Assembly: GCA_003141955.1 (NCBI GenBank)
Contig: PLOC01000115.1
Location: 1,864-65,863, forward strand
Direction: 5' to 3'
Source of the DNA: Chloroflexota bacterium
GTDB lineage: Bacteria; Chloroflexota; Limnocylindria; Limnocylindrales; CSP1-4
Length of the DNA stretch: 64,000 nucleotides
This document shows, in pieces, positions 26,895-35,384 of the stretch. The position numbers and the translations under genes were made by a program. Within the stretch, counting starts at the first letter, position 1; each line of letters starts with the position of its first letter. The notes beneath the pieces are model-generated. The model had not been told where the DNA came from. It did no database searches and saw only the letters and a list, made by a program, of their open reading frames with translations.

Positions 26895-27904
26895 GCGGGC
26901 GGCTCCTCGACCTCGTGGCGGTGTGCGGCGGCCATTGATCGGGCCCGGGCTCCCCGGCGCACGTTGAGCAGGCGTCGGGCCAGGCCGGGCTCGGTCTCGC
27001 GGTCGGTCGTGCCGGCGGTCGAGCCTTCGGCGAGGCGGCGCGCCTCGCGTTCCAGGAGATAACGGCGCTCGGCCTCGCGCTGCAACTCGAGCTGATGGGT
27101 CGGAACGCCCAGGTCGCGCGGAGAGTCGTCGCGGAGGAGGTTCCGCCGGCCCCAGCGCGAGACGTCGCGGGCCTGCTTTCGAACCTGCTGGCCGTAGATC
27201 AGGACCTCGCGGACCGCGCCCCAGGTGACGCAGCTGCCGTCTGTCGTCCCGGCCAGGACGGCCTGGCGGTAGTCCTCGGCCACGGCGCCGGGGAAGAGCG
27301 TGTAGCCGTCGCCGATCGTGTCGACGGTGTGGGCGTCGCTATTGCCTACGAGCGGCAGCCCCAGCTCCGCGGCGATGCGGGCGGTGGCGGCACGTCCGTA
27401 TCGCCCCGCGGTGGAGGGGTTGTAGCCCTCCAGGGCGTCCCAGTAGACGAGCGGATCCTTGGAAAGATGGACGCGTAGGATGGCGTGCTTGCGCATTCCC
27501 AGAGTGAACGCGGAGAAGGGATGGGGCACGATCGCCAGGCCGCCCTGTTCGTGGATCTCCGCGACCGTCGTCTCGAGGCGCTGGCTGCGCTTCAGGCGCG
27601 CCTGCAGGAAGACGCCCAGGAGATGCCCGCTGCGGGTCGTCACTTCCTCGGCTACGACGACCTGGATCCGGCTGCCGCGCTCCCGAGCCAGGCGCTGGCA
27701 CTCGATCGCCGCTTCGATTCGCTCGTGGTCGGCGATCGCTATCAGGTCCAGGTCCGTGTGGTTCTCGGCGAAGTCGAGGATCTCGGCGGCCGAGGCGGTG
27801 CCGTCGGAGGCGATCGAATGGATGTGCACGTCGGCCTTGCCCGGGCGTGAACCCGCGCAGGATCCATCGAGCGAGCTCTGGGGTGATCCGTCGGCCAGCT
27901 TCAC
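26891..27904 (-). CDS. PHP-domain metal-dependent phosphoesterase (TrpH/YciV-like)
   Basis: ADVHIHSIASDGT...IAIADHERI...AIVPHP...GNSDAHT are the PHP His/Asp motifs. The GTG start at 27904 overlaps the upstream stop (GTGA). The N-terminal 290 aa of ORF 26891..28774 is an out-of-frame shadow. Confidence 0.8.
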   Translation of the reverse strand: MKLADGSPQSSLDGSCAGSRPGKADVHIHSIASDGTASAAEILDFAENHTDLDLIAIADHERIEAAIECQRLARERGSRIQVVVAEEVTTRSGHLLGVFLQARLKRSQRLETTVAEIHEQGGLAIVPHPFSAFTLGMRKHAILRVHLSKDPLVYWDALEGYNPSTAGRYGRAATARIAAELGLPLVGNSDAHTVDTIGDGYTLFPGAVAEDYRQAVLAGTTDGSCVTWGAVREVLIYGQQVRKQARDVSRWGRRNLLRDDSPRDLGVPTHQLELQREAERRYLLEREARRLAEGSTAGTTDRETEPGLARRLLNVRRGARARSMAAAHRHEVEEPPA

Positions 27905-28974
27905 CGGGCTTCTCCAGTGTTGGTCTCTTGCGCCCGCTGCAGATCGGGCCAGATCGGGTGGAAGACTGCCAGCCACTGCTCCGGCGCGTCGGCTATGACG
28001 CGCTCGAACAGCAGCGCCTCTTCCCGAGCCATCGACCGGCTCCGCTCCCGCCTGCTCAACCCCCCGGGCGTCGGAACCGGCCAGAGAACGCCACGATAGC
28101 GGCCCGGGCCCACCCGCCGCACGCCCGCAACGTACGCCGGCGCTCCGGTCTCGGTGGCCAGCAGGGCCGGCCCGGCCGGAATCTTCGTCTTCGCGCCGAA
28201 GAGCTCGACCGCGAGCCCGCTGCCGGTCAGATCGCGGTCGGCGATGATGCCGATCGGCTCGTTGCGGCGCAGGACCGCCAGCAGCTCGGGGCCCGCCTCT
28301 TCGATGGTCAGGATGCGGACGCCGATGACGCCTCGCGTCCTCTTCATGTAGGCCTGGATGCGCTCGTTGCGAAGCGACTCCATCGGGGCGACGACCTGGC
28401 CGAGGCGCTGGAGGGCGAGGAACCCGGGCAGCTCGATCGTGCCGAAATGGAGACCTACGAGAATCAGTGCCCTGCGCTCGGCAAGGGCTGCGTCGACCTC
28501 GTCCGGCGTCTCGATTACGAGCCGGTTCTCCAGGTAGTGGAAGTCGAAGCGGGGCGCCCGGGCCAGCTCGATGTAGTAGTGGGCGTGATGGCGGAAGGCC
28601 GATCGGACGATCGCCTCCAGGGCGCGTGGGTCGGTGGCCGCGCGGTGGTATCTCTCGTCCCCCACGCCGTGCGCGGCCATCCACTCCGCCACGCGGCGGA
28701 GGTTGCGGCGGGCTTCGTCGCGGCGGCTCCGGGCTGCCCGGTACTCGATGTTGCCGGCGGTGTTGCCGAGCCACCAGAGCGGGGCGTCCGGCATGCGCCG
28801 GATCAGCTCCATCGCGCCGATGACGACGGCGGCCACCGCCCGGTCGGCCACTCGCCGGCGCAGGCCCCGGCGGGCACCTGGGCCTGCCCTGAGGCCGGCC
28901 TTGGAGCCGGTTGCGGCGGGCTCGGCCGGGTGGGCGGGCTCGGCCGCCGCCGAGGGGGACGCCTCGGGGCTCAT
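27901..28974 (-). CDS. Lipid A biosynthesis lauroyl/PatA-like acyltransferase (LPLAT), copy 2
   Basis: GLHFGTIE (the HX4D/E-type box), IPAGPALLA and APEQW blocks shared with copy 1. The ATG at 28974 overlaps the upstream stop (ATGA). Confidence 0.8.
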   Translation of the reverse strand: MSPEASPSAAAEPAHPAEPAATGSKAGLRAGPGARRGLRRRVADRAVAAVVIGAMELIRRMPDAPLWWLGNTAGNIEYRAARSRRDEARRNLRRVAEWMAAHGVGDERYHRAATDPRALEAIVRSAFRHHAHYYIELARAPRFDFHYLENRLVIETPDEVDAALAERRALILVGLHFGTIELPGFLALQRLGQVVAPMESLRNERIQAYMKRTRGVIGVRILTIEEAGPELLAVLRRNEPIGIIADRDLTGSGLAVELFGAKTKIPAGPALLATETGAPAYVAGVRRVGPGRYRGVLWPVPTPGGLSRRERSRSMAREEALLFERVIADAPEQWLAVFHPIWPDLQRAQETNTGEAR

Positions 28975-30284
28975 CGACCCTTGCGCCTCCGCGGATTGCT
29001 CACGCCGCCCTCTGGAGAGTCGGCGGCACCGGCCGAGCCGCCGGCCCCCGCGGCAGTGGCAGCCCCGGCCGCCTCGGTGGCCATGGCCGCGGCATGCCGC
29101 GCCTCGAGGGCGGCCGCCTCCTCGCTTGTCTCCGGCCAAATCGGCTTGAAGATGTACCACTGCTCCGGGGCAGGGGCGATGTGGCCCTCCAGCGCGGTCG
29201 CGATCTCCTGCGTGGCGCGGGCGAGATCGGCCGGCGAGCTGGAGGCGACGTGGATCGGATCGTCCGCGGCCGCCCGGAACGTGCCGTCGGGCAGCCGATT
29301 GATCGAGAACGGCACTATCGTCGAGCCGTGCTTGGCCGCCAGGATCGCCGGACCGGCCGGGAGCGTCGTCCAGGCGCCGAACATCTTGACCGGGATCCCG
29401 TCCTCTCGATAGCCCCAGTCGACCAGCAGGACGAGGCCTTCGTGGCGCCGCAGGGCGCCGTAGACGCCGCGCAGGTTGCGCCAGGAGATCATCTTGACGC
29501 CCCAGCTTTCCCGCTGGCTCTCGAACAGCTCATAGAGCTCGCGGTAGGAGCTGTCGTCGCCGACGACGTTGATCTCCAGGCCGTGCTTGGCGAAGCCGGC
29601 CGCGGCCGCCTCATTGTTGCCCAGGTGGGCGGCCACGAGGACCACGCCCCTGGACGCCCGGTAGATCTCCAGGAACTTGTCCAGGCTCTTGACCTCGAGC
29701 AGCTGATCGACCTTGTCGGGCTTCAGCCACGGCAGGCGCATCAGCTCCATGACGTAGCGGGCGTAGTTGCGATAGGCGGCGCGGGCGAGGCGGCCCGCGG
29801 CCTTGTCCTTGGGCGAGACGCCGAGCACGTGCCCGAAGTTGGCTCGCAGCCAGCGCCGTCGCAAGGGGCTCGCGGCATAGCCGATCATCGCCAGCCAGCC
29901 GCCGACGCGGTATGTCGGGCCGGCCGGGAGGTGGCCCATGATCCACGACGACGTCCGCCAGAAGCTGAGCAGCGTCACACCCGCGACGTGGGTGAGGAAG
30001 GTCTCCTTCTGCAGGCGGTGAGGCGCCTCGAACTTCCTGGTCGCGCCACCGTTCTCCGGTCTCGCCTCGGCCTTCTTGGGTTGTCCGGAGCGAGACCGCG
30101 CCGACCCTGCCCCGGGAAGATCGGAGGCATCGCCCGCCAGCGTGGATGAGGCGGCGCCGGCGGAACCGGCGCCGTCGCCAACCTCGGCACCGACGGCCAG
30201 ACGTTCCTGCGTCACTTGGCCTCGGCCCTCGCGGTCGCGACGCCGCCGCTGGTCTTGTCGCTCACTGTGCTCTCTGCTCCTCAT
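28971..30284 (-). CDS. Lipid A biosynthesis lauroyl/PatA-like acyltransferase (LPLAT), copy 1
   Basis: AAHLGNNE box, LPAGPAILA, APEQW. Start uncertain: ATG at 30284 overlaps pgsA by 23 nt; GTG at 30215 is the alternative. Confidence 0.8.
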   Translation of the reverse strand: MRSREHSERQDQRRRRDREGRGQVTQERLAVGAEVGDGAGSAGAASSTLAGDASDLPGAGSARSRSGQPKKAEARPENGGATRKFEAPHRLQKETFLTHVAGVTLLSFWRTSSWIMGHLPAGPTYRVGGWLAMIGYAASPLRRRWLRANFGHVLGVSPKDKAAGRLARAAYRNYARYVMELMRLPWLKPDKVDQLLEVKSLDKFLEIYRASRGVVLVAAHLGNNEAAAAGFAKHGLEINVVGDDSSYRELYELFESQRESWGVKMISWRNLRGVYGALRRHEGLVLLVDWGYREDGIPVKMFGAWTTLPAGPAILAAKHGSTIVPFSINRLPDGTFRAAADDPIHVASSSPADLARATQEIATALEGHIAPAPEQWYIFKPIWPETSEEAAALEARHAAAMATEAAGAATAAGAGGSAGAADSPEGGVSNPRRRKGR

Positions 30285-30915
30285 TGCGAAGCTGCGTATG
30301 GACGTGCCAGGTTCGTTGGATCGCGGTGATGCTGGCCGTGACGGCGATGATGCCGAGGCCGAGCGCCAGCCAGAGCTGGCCTCGGGCGCCCGCGGCGACG
30401 CCGCCGTCCAGGCCGGCCGCGACGAGGCCGATGGTCAGGAGGACAAGCCGCTCGGCGCGTGGCGCGATGCCCACCTCGCCGTGGAGCTTGAGGCTCTCCG
30501 CCTTGGCCCGGGTGTAGCTGACCTGGAAGCTGCAGACGGCCGCGGCGGCGGCCAGGACCGCCCCCGCGACGAAGCCGGCGGCCGAAGCCCCGGCGACGAT
30601 CCCGATGTAGACGGCCCCTTCGCCCCAGCGATCCAGGGTCGAATCGAGGAAGGCTCCGAAACGAGTCACGCGGTTCTGAGCGCGGGCGAGTCCGCCGTCC
30701 AGCATGTCGAACGAGCCGCCGAGGATGACCAGGGCCGCGGCCGGGATCCACAGCTGGGCTGCGGCTGTCGCGGCGGCCACGACCGAGATAAGGAAGCCGA
30801 TGACGGTCAGGGCGTTCGGCGTGAGGCCTACCCTGCCGGCGCCGAGGGCGATGGGCGTGATCGCGCCGCGAACGCGGGCCCGCGTCTTCTGCGAGACGAA
30901 CGACTGGTCGCCCAC
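30262..30915 (-). CDS. pgsA: CDP-alcohol phosphatidyltransferase (PgsA1/PIP-synthase-like)
   Basis: DMLDGGLARAQNRVTRFGAFLDSTLDR matches D-G-x2-A-R-x8-G-x3-D-x3-D. Six TM helices. GTG start 3 nt after the arsR stop. Confidence 0.85.
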   Translation of the reverse strand: MGDQSFVSQKTRARVRGAITPIALGAGRVGLTPNALTVIGFLISVVAAATAAAQLWIPAAALVILGGSFDMLDGGLARAQNRVTRFGAFLDSTLDRWGEGAVYIGIVAGASAAGFVAGAVLAAAAAVCSFQVSYTRAKAESLKLHGEVGIAPRAERLVLLTIGLVAAGLDGGVAAGARGQLWLALGLGIIAVTASITAIQRTWHVHTQLRNEEQRAQ

Positions 30916-30918
30916 GGC

Positions 30919-31278
30919 TCAGTGCGCCTCGACCCGCTGGGCGGGCCCGGCCGGCATGCCGAGCAGGATGCGCTGTCGTTCGGCTACTTCGTCGAAGACG
31001 TTGGGCCGGAGCTGGCAGAAGACCTCGCGGCCGGTTCGCCTGGTTTCCACGACGCCTGCCGCCTTGAGGCGTGAAATGTGCCAGCTCACCAGGGGCTGGC
31101 TCAGGCCGACGGTGTCGATCAGCTCGCCCACGGTCGCCGGCCCCTCGGCGAGCTTACGGACGATGCGAAGGCGGTTCACGTCCGCGAGCGCCTTGTGGAA
31201 GACGCGCAACTCACGCAGATCGTCCGGCTGGTCGATGATCGTTGCGACGGTGGACCTGATGTGCGCTGGAGAGGGCAA
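30919..31278 (-). CDS. ArsR/SmtB-family transcriptional regulator
   Basis: FHKALADVNRLRIVRKLAEGPATVGELIDTVGLSQPLVSWHISRLKAAGVV is a winged HTH. The TTG start is uncertain. Confidence 0.85.
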   Translation of the reverse strand: MPSPAHIRSTVATIIDQPDDLRELRVFHKALADVNRLRIVRKLAEGPATVGELIDTVGLSQPLVSWHISRLKAAGVVETRRTGREVFCQLRPNVFDEVAERQRILLGMPAGPAQRVEAH

Positions 31279-31313
31279 GGTGCGCGACCTCGGTATCTAT
31301 CGTGCGGGCCCGT

Positions 31314-31340
31314 GCGGGTCTCCGCTCGGCGGGTCTCCGC
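31314..31340. promoter_or_regulatory. Two copies of the palindromic 12-mer GCGGGTCTCCGC, a possible operator in the arsR-operon leader
   Basis: Perfect copies at 31314-31325 and 31329-31340. Each is GCGG-N4-CCGC. They lie 36-62 nt upstream of the arsR start. Confidence 0.3.
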
Positions 31341-31398
31341 GTGCCTCTGTCGAGGCGGCCAGCGCCCCGGACGTGAGCCCATATATAAAGGCCGGTTG

Positions 31399-31428
31399 AT
31401 GCTAGGTTGCGGGGGCGGCGGGTGTCAA
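31399..31428 (-). promoter_or_regulatory. Candidate promoter of the arsR-pgsA-...-pimA operon
   Basis: The minus strand reads TTGACA (31428-31423), an 18-nt spacer, then TAGCAT (31404-31399). Confidence 0.35.
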
Positions 31429-31687
31429 GCCCGGAACGGAGAGTCGTGGCGGGCACGCCACTTGGTGCGGTCGCGCGGATCGTCCTGGAACTCGGAGGCG
31501 AACTCGACGTGCGGGTCCGCTGGCGCGGCGAGCAGTTGGATCGGCGGCTGGGCGGGCTCCCAGGCCCGGCGAAGCTGGTAGCAGTCGCCTCGTGGCCGGT
31601 TCGTGGCCTGTTGCCGCCGCGCCGCGCCCGCCGCCGCTCCCCGGGAGTCAGGCGGCGGAGAAACCCGTGGTTTATCGCGGCCTCCCC

Positions 31688-31693
31688 TAAACT
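31688..31693 (+). promoter_or_regulatory. Candidate -10 element (TAAACT) 7 nt upstream of the MFS ATG; suggests a leaderless mRNA
   Basis: TAAACTcacggctATG, with no Shine-Dalgarno between the -10 and the ATG. No convincing -35. Confidence 0.3.
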
Positions 31694-31700
31694 CACGGCT

Positions 31701-33323
31701 ATGCAGCGGCGCTACTCGTACCTGCTTCTGGCAGTGCTCGGCCTCGGTGTGTTCCTGGCCGGCCTGGAGCTGATGGTCACGGCCGTGGCGTTGCCCCAGA
31801 TCCTGGCCTCCGTGGCCGACTGGACGGACCTGCGCAAGGCCTCGTGGATCATCAACGGCTACCTGCTGGTCTACGTCGTCACGATGCCGCTGGCGGGCCG
31901 CCTCACCGACACCTGGGGCGCTCGCCGCCTCTTCCTGGCGGCCCTCACCGTTTTCACCATCGGCTCGTTTCTGGCGGGGATCGCCCAGGATCTCGACCAG
32001 TTGATCGCGGCCCGGCTCGTCCAGGCGGTGGGCGGCGGCGCCATCATCCCCGTCGCAACCGCCGCCGCCTCGCACCTCTTCGAGGGGCCGTCCCGGTCCC
32101 GGGCCCTGGGCATCATCGGCGCGCTGACCTTCCTGGGGATGGCCGCCGGGCCTTTCGTCGGCGCCGCGGTTCTGGAGACCGTCCATCCCGACACCGCCCT
32201 GGCGCAGCTGGGGATCAGCGGCGGTCCTCTCGTCGGCACCGTCTCGCCGGCGTGGCGTTGGGTCTTCTACGTCAACGTCCCGTTCGGCATCTGCGGGCTC
32301 GCCATAGCCTGGGCCGCCAGCTCCGGCTGGGACACCCGCCGCGTGCCCGCGCGAGTGGATCTGCTCGGAGCGCTGCTCTTCACCGTGGGCCTGGCCGCGG
32401 TCCTGTTCGGGACCACCCTCGTCGGCAGCGGCGACGAGGTCTTCGGCGTGCCCATCGCCCTGGCGATCGGCGCGCTCTTTGCCGCCGGCGTCGTGTCCCT
32501 TATCGCCGCCGTTGTCCACGGCCTGCGCCGGCCGGATCCCTTCCTCGACCCGCGCCTTTTCGCCGACCGGGTATTCAGCTCGGCCGCGCTCATCTCGCTG
32601 CTGACCGGCTACGGCCTGGCCACGGCGATCGTGGGCGGGGCCGTGTTCGTGGACCGCGTCCTCTACGGCGGTCCGGCGGAGCAGCGAGTGGTGCTCGGCG
32701 CCCTCGCCGGGGCCATGGCCCTGGGCGCGCTGCTGTCGGGCTTCCTGACTCGGCTGCTCTCCCTCCGCCTGATGACTCTGGCCGGGCTGGCGCTGAGCGT
32801 GGGCGGCCTGGTGTGGATGTCGGCGTGGAGCCCGACCGCGCCGACCGACGCCTTCGCCGCGTCGGCGGCCGTCTTCGGCTTCGGATTCGGACTGACGGTT
32901 ACGCCACGGTCGACGGCCGCGGTGGAAGCCGCGGGTCGGGCCGCATTCGGCGCCGCATCCGCGACCGTGACCGTGGCGCGGATGATAGGCATGGCTGTTG
33001 GCATGGCCGCGCTCACGGCGTTCGGCTCCACCACCATCACGGCCATCTCCAACGAGATCTACGGCTCGGGCGATGCTTACAAGCAGTACATTCCGGCATA
33101 CCTGCGCGATAGACCGCTGCACGACGGGTTGGTGGCACAGGCGCTCGAAAGCTGGGCCGCCAGCAAGGCGGCCTCGATCCTGGTCGGCGTCTTCCTGGTG
33201 GCCGCGGCAGTGACGCTGGTCGCCGTCATTCCGGCCCTGGCGCTTCGAACCCGGAGTGGGCGCGGCGCGGCGAGCGACGGCCCGGCCGAGGAGACGGCGC
33301 ATGACGAATCGATCCGCTTCTGA
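31701..33323 (+). CDS. MFS transporter, DHA2 (EmrB/QacA-like, 14-TMS) family
   Basis: MQRRYSYLLLAVLGLGVFLAGLELMVTAVALPQI..., GRLTDTWGARRLFL (motif A-like), ~14 hydrophobic segments. The ORF-track start at 31407 is an upstream extension without TM content. Confidence 0.85.
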   Translation: MQRRYSYLLLAVLGLGVFLAGLELMVTAVALPQILASVADWTDLRKASWIINGYLLVYVVTMPLAGRLTDTWGARRLFLAALTVFTIGSFLAGIAQDLDQLIAARLVQAVGGGAIIPVATAAASHLFEGPSRSRALGIIGALTFLGMAAGPFVGAAVLETVHPDTALAQLGISGGPLVGTVSPAWRWVFYVNVPFGICGLAIAWAASSGWDTRRVPARVDLLGALLFTVGLAAVLFGTTLVGSGDEVFGVPIALAIGALFAAGVVSLIAAVVHGLRRPDPFLDPRLFADRVFSSAALISLLTGYGLATAIVGGAVFVDRVLYGGPAEQRVVLGALAGAMALGALLSGFLTRLLSLRLMTLAGLALSVGGLVWMSAWSPTAPTDAFAASAAVFGFGFGLTVTPRSTAAVEAAGRAAFGAASATVTVARMIGMAVGMAALTAFGSTTITAISNEIYGSGDAYKQYIPAYLRDRPLHDGLVAQALESWAASKAASILVGVFLVAAAVTLVAVIPALALRTRSGRGAASDGPAEETAHDESIRF

Positions 33324-33884
33324 GCCGACCGGCGTGCCGGTTACGCGGGCGAACCTGGCTGCCGGCGAATCGGCGGCCCCGTCGGCCGCGCCGACCAATG
33401 CCGGACCGGCTCCGGCGACGTCCCCAGCGCAGCTGCCCAACACGGTCCGTGTGGTCTCGTTCGAGGCCGGGGTCCTTCGCGACCTCGAAGGCGACCCGGC
33501 GCTGACCGAGCTCAGGAGAGCAGTAGGCTCCGGTCAGGCTCGAGTCTGGGTCGACGTGTGCGAGCCGGCGCCGAGCCTTCTGGCGGAAATAGGCCAGATC
33601 CTCGAGCTCCATCCGCTGCTGGCCGAAGATCTGGCCGAGCGCGATCAGCGGGCCAAGCTCGACCAGATCGGCGAGCTGCTCCACCTGGTCGTCTTCTCGC
33701 TCGGATTCGACGGCGGCCAGTACTTCGAACAGGGATTGGCGCGATCGCCGGCGTCTTCGGCATGAGCGAGGCTCAGGCCGCCTTCCGCGCCGATGAAGGC
33801 CCGGGCTTCTGGATCATCACCTTCGGCAGCATGATCCTGGCTGCGATAGCAGTCGCGGTACTTCGCAAGGTCGACTGGATCTAG
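33301..33884 (+). pseudogene. Decayed corA-like Mg2+/Co2+ transporter remnant (internal deletion plus frameshift; GMN changed to GMS)
   Basis: Frame 1 gives a CorA N-terminal domain (WVDVCEPAPSLLAEIGQILELHPLLAEDLAERDQRAKLDQIGELLHLVVF) that runs into a stop at 33765. Another frame gives only the CorA C-terminus (GAIAGVFGMSE...FWIITFGSMILAAIAVAVLRKVDWI). Total ~580 nt versus ~950-1000 nt for intact corA. The junction is at ~33725. Confidence 0.6.
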
Positions 33885-33922
33885 CGGCCGCGAGGCTGGT
33901 GAGGGTCCGGCCGCTCGGGCGT

Positions 33923-34894
33923 CTAGCGGCGGCAGCCGCCCTGGTTCGGCGCCGTGCACAGCGGAGCGTCGGGGCAGACGATCGCGTTGTCCTTGGGGTG
34001 GGCCTCCGCCTGAGTCGCGGCCACTACGCCCAAGGGCATGGCGACCAACTGCAGCTTCGTCGACGAGTTGGCGTGGCCCTCCGACGTCTGCAGCCAAAGC
34101 TGATCCGTCGTGGCGGCCAGCGCCTGGTCTGCGAACGCCGACGTCGGCGGGACGTGGCGGATCACCTGGGTGATCACGTAGATGTGGTTCTGGTTGTCGT
34201 TCGTGTAGACCTCGACCCAGTCGCCGAGCATGGCCGCGCCGTTGTTGACCTTGGACTGCACGAGCAGGTTCCAGAACATGTTGACGCGGGCGTGGGCGTA
34301 CAGGTAGGTGGCCTGCGGGGCTCCGGGATACGCATAGACCTTGCCCAGGGTCAGGTACTCGGCCACGTTGCAGAGAGGGAACTGCTCGTTGGGGGGCGAG
34401 GCCACGACGGCATCGTCGATATTGAGAGCCGGTATGGCCACCCGCGTGGCGATGGCATACGTGCTCGTCCCAGACGCGCCGGGCGACGCGTTGCCCGAAG
34501 TCGAGGGCGACGCCGTCACGAGTGGCGGAAGAGTGTACGGTTCCGGCGACGCGGACGTGGCGACGTTGCTCGGCGACGGGCTGGACCCGGCCGCGGACGA
34601 GAGGTATGCGGGCGAGAAGTAGTTGAAGAGCCCGGCCACGACCAGAAAGACGCCGGCCCCGGCGAGAAGCGCGGGTACGAGGCCCACCAGGTCGCGCAAG
34701 AACCCCCGCAGCGATCGAACGAGCCGGCGGAGTGGGCGGGTGATCGGACCGGCGACCCGGGCCGCCGTGCCGGCCAGCGCTGCCAGCGCCGCCCCGACCG
34801 GGCGAAGGATCGAAACGACCGCGCGGAACGGCCGCGCGAGCAATCCGCGGATCGCGCCCTGGACCGTGCGACCGAGCGAGCGAAGTCGATGCAT
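33923..34894 (-). CDS. Membrane-anchored sortase-like protein with non-canonical catalytic positions
   Basis: N-terminal TM (LVGLVPALLAGAGVFLVVAGLF). Sortase-like blocks: RVAIPALNIDDAVV, YLYAHARVNMFWNL, GDWVEVYT...YVITQV, LWLQTSEG in place of the TLxTC block. The ATG at 34894 is preferred over the ORF-track start at 35059. Confidence 0.55.
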   Translation of the reverse strand: MHRLRSLGRTVQGAIRGLLARPFRAVVSILRPVGAALAALAGTAARVAGPITRPLRRLVRSLRGFLRDLVGLVPALLAGAGVFLVVAGLFNYFSPAYLSSAAGSSPSPSNVATSASPEPYTLPPLVTASPSTSGNASPGASGTSTYAIATRVAIPALNIDDAVVASPPNEQFPLCNVAEYLTLGKVYAYPGAPQATYLYAHARVNMFWNLLVQSKVNNGAAMLGDWVEVYTNDNQNHIYVITQVIRHVPPTSAFADQALAATTDQLWLQTSEGHANSSTKLQLVAMPLGVVAATQAEAHPKDNAIVCPDAPLCTAPNQGGCRR

Positions 34895-35052
34895 TGGCCG
34901 GCATCCTAGCAGGCGAATCGCCGGTCCGCCTCGGGTGACACCCTGAGAGGCGGCGCCAGGAACGCGGCCGCAACGCGTCTTCGGCGCCACTCCGCCGCTT
35001 GTCCTGGCATCGCCGGTCGCCAAGAAAGCCGATTCCTGGTAACCTCCGGTGC

Positions 35053-35292
35053 ATGGCACGACGCTTCAACTTCATCTTCGCGGCCCTTCTCGGGGTCGTC
35101 ACTGCCCTCGTGCTCCTGGTGGGGGCGGCGGTGGCGATGCCAGCTCAGCAGACGACGCTGCCGGCGAAGCCCACCTTCGTGGTCCTGCCGACTCCCACGT
35201 CGACGCCCCTGCCGATCGTGACGCCTACGCCCACACCCGGCCCCGCCGGCGACAGCCCCGCCACGACGATCGCACCCTTCGGAGACGGCTGA
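35053..35292 (+). CDS. Small hypothetical exported or membrane-anchored Pro/Thr-rich protein
   Basis: MARRFNFIFAALLGVVTALVLLVGAAVA is signal/TM-like, followed by a TPTSTPLPIVTPTPTPGP tract. No homology recognised. Confidence 0.35.
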   Translation: MARRFNFIFAALLGVVTALVLLVGAAVAMPAQQTTLPAKPTFVVLPTPTSTPLPIVTPTPTPGPAGDSPATTIAPFGDG

Positions 35293-35384
35293 GTCCGGGC
35301 ACTTCCGGGTACCGGCCGGATAGACTCGACGACCGCGGTGCCGTCTGAGCGTGCCGCCCTGCGCCTCGCGCCCCGAGCCTCGGG

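Noticed and set aside
33645-35102. 485-aa minus-strand ORF competing with the sortase-like ORF 33923..35059.
   Set aside because: Its translation is Arg/Pro/Gly-rich without TM or domain features. The alternative frame gives a TM anchor plus conserved sortase-like blocks and a sensible ATG at 34894.
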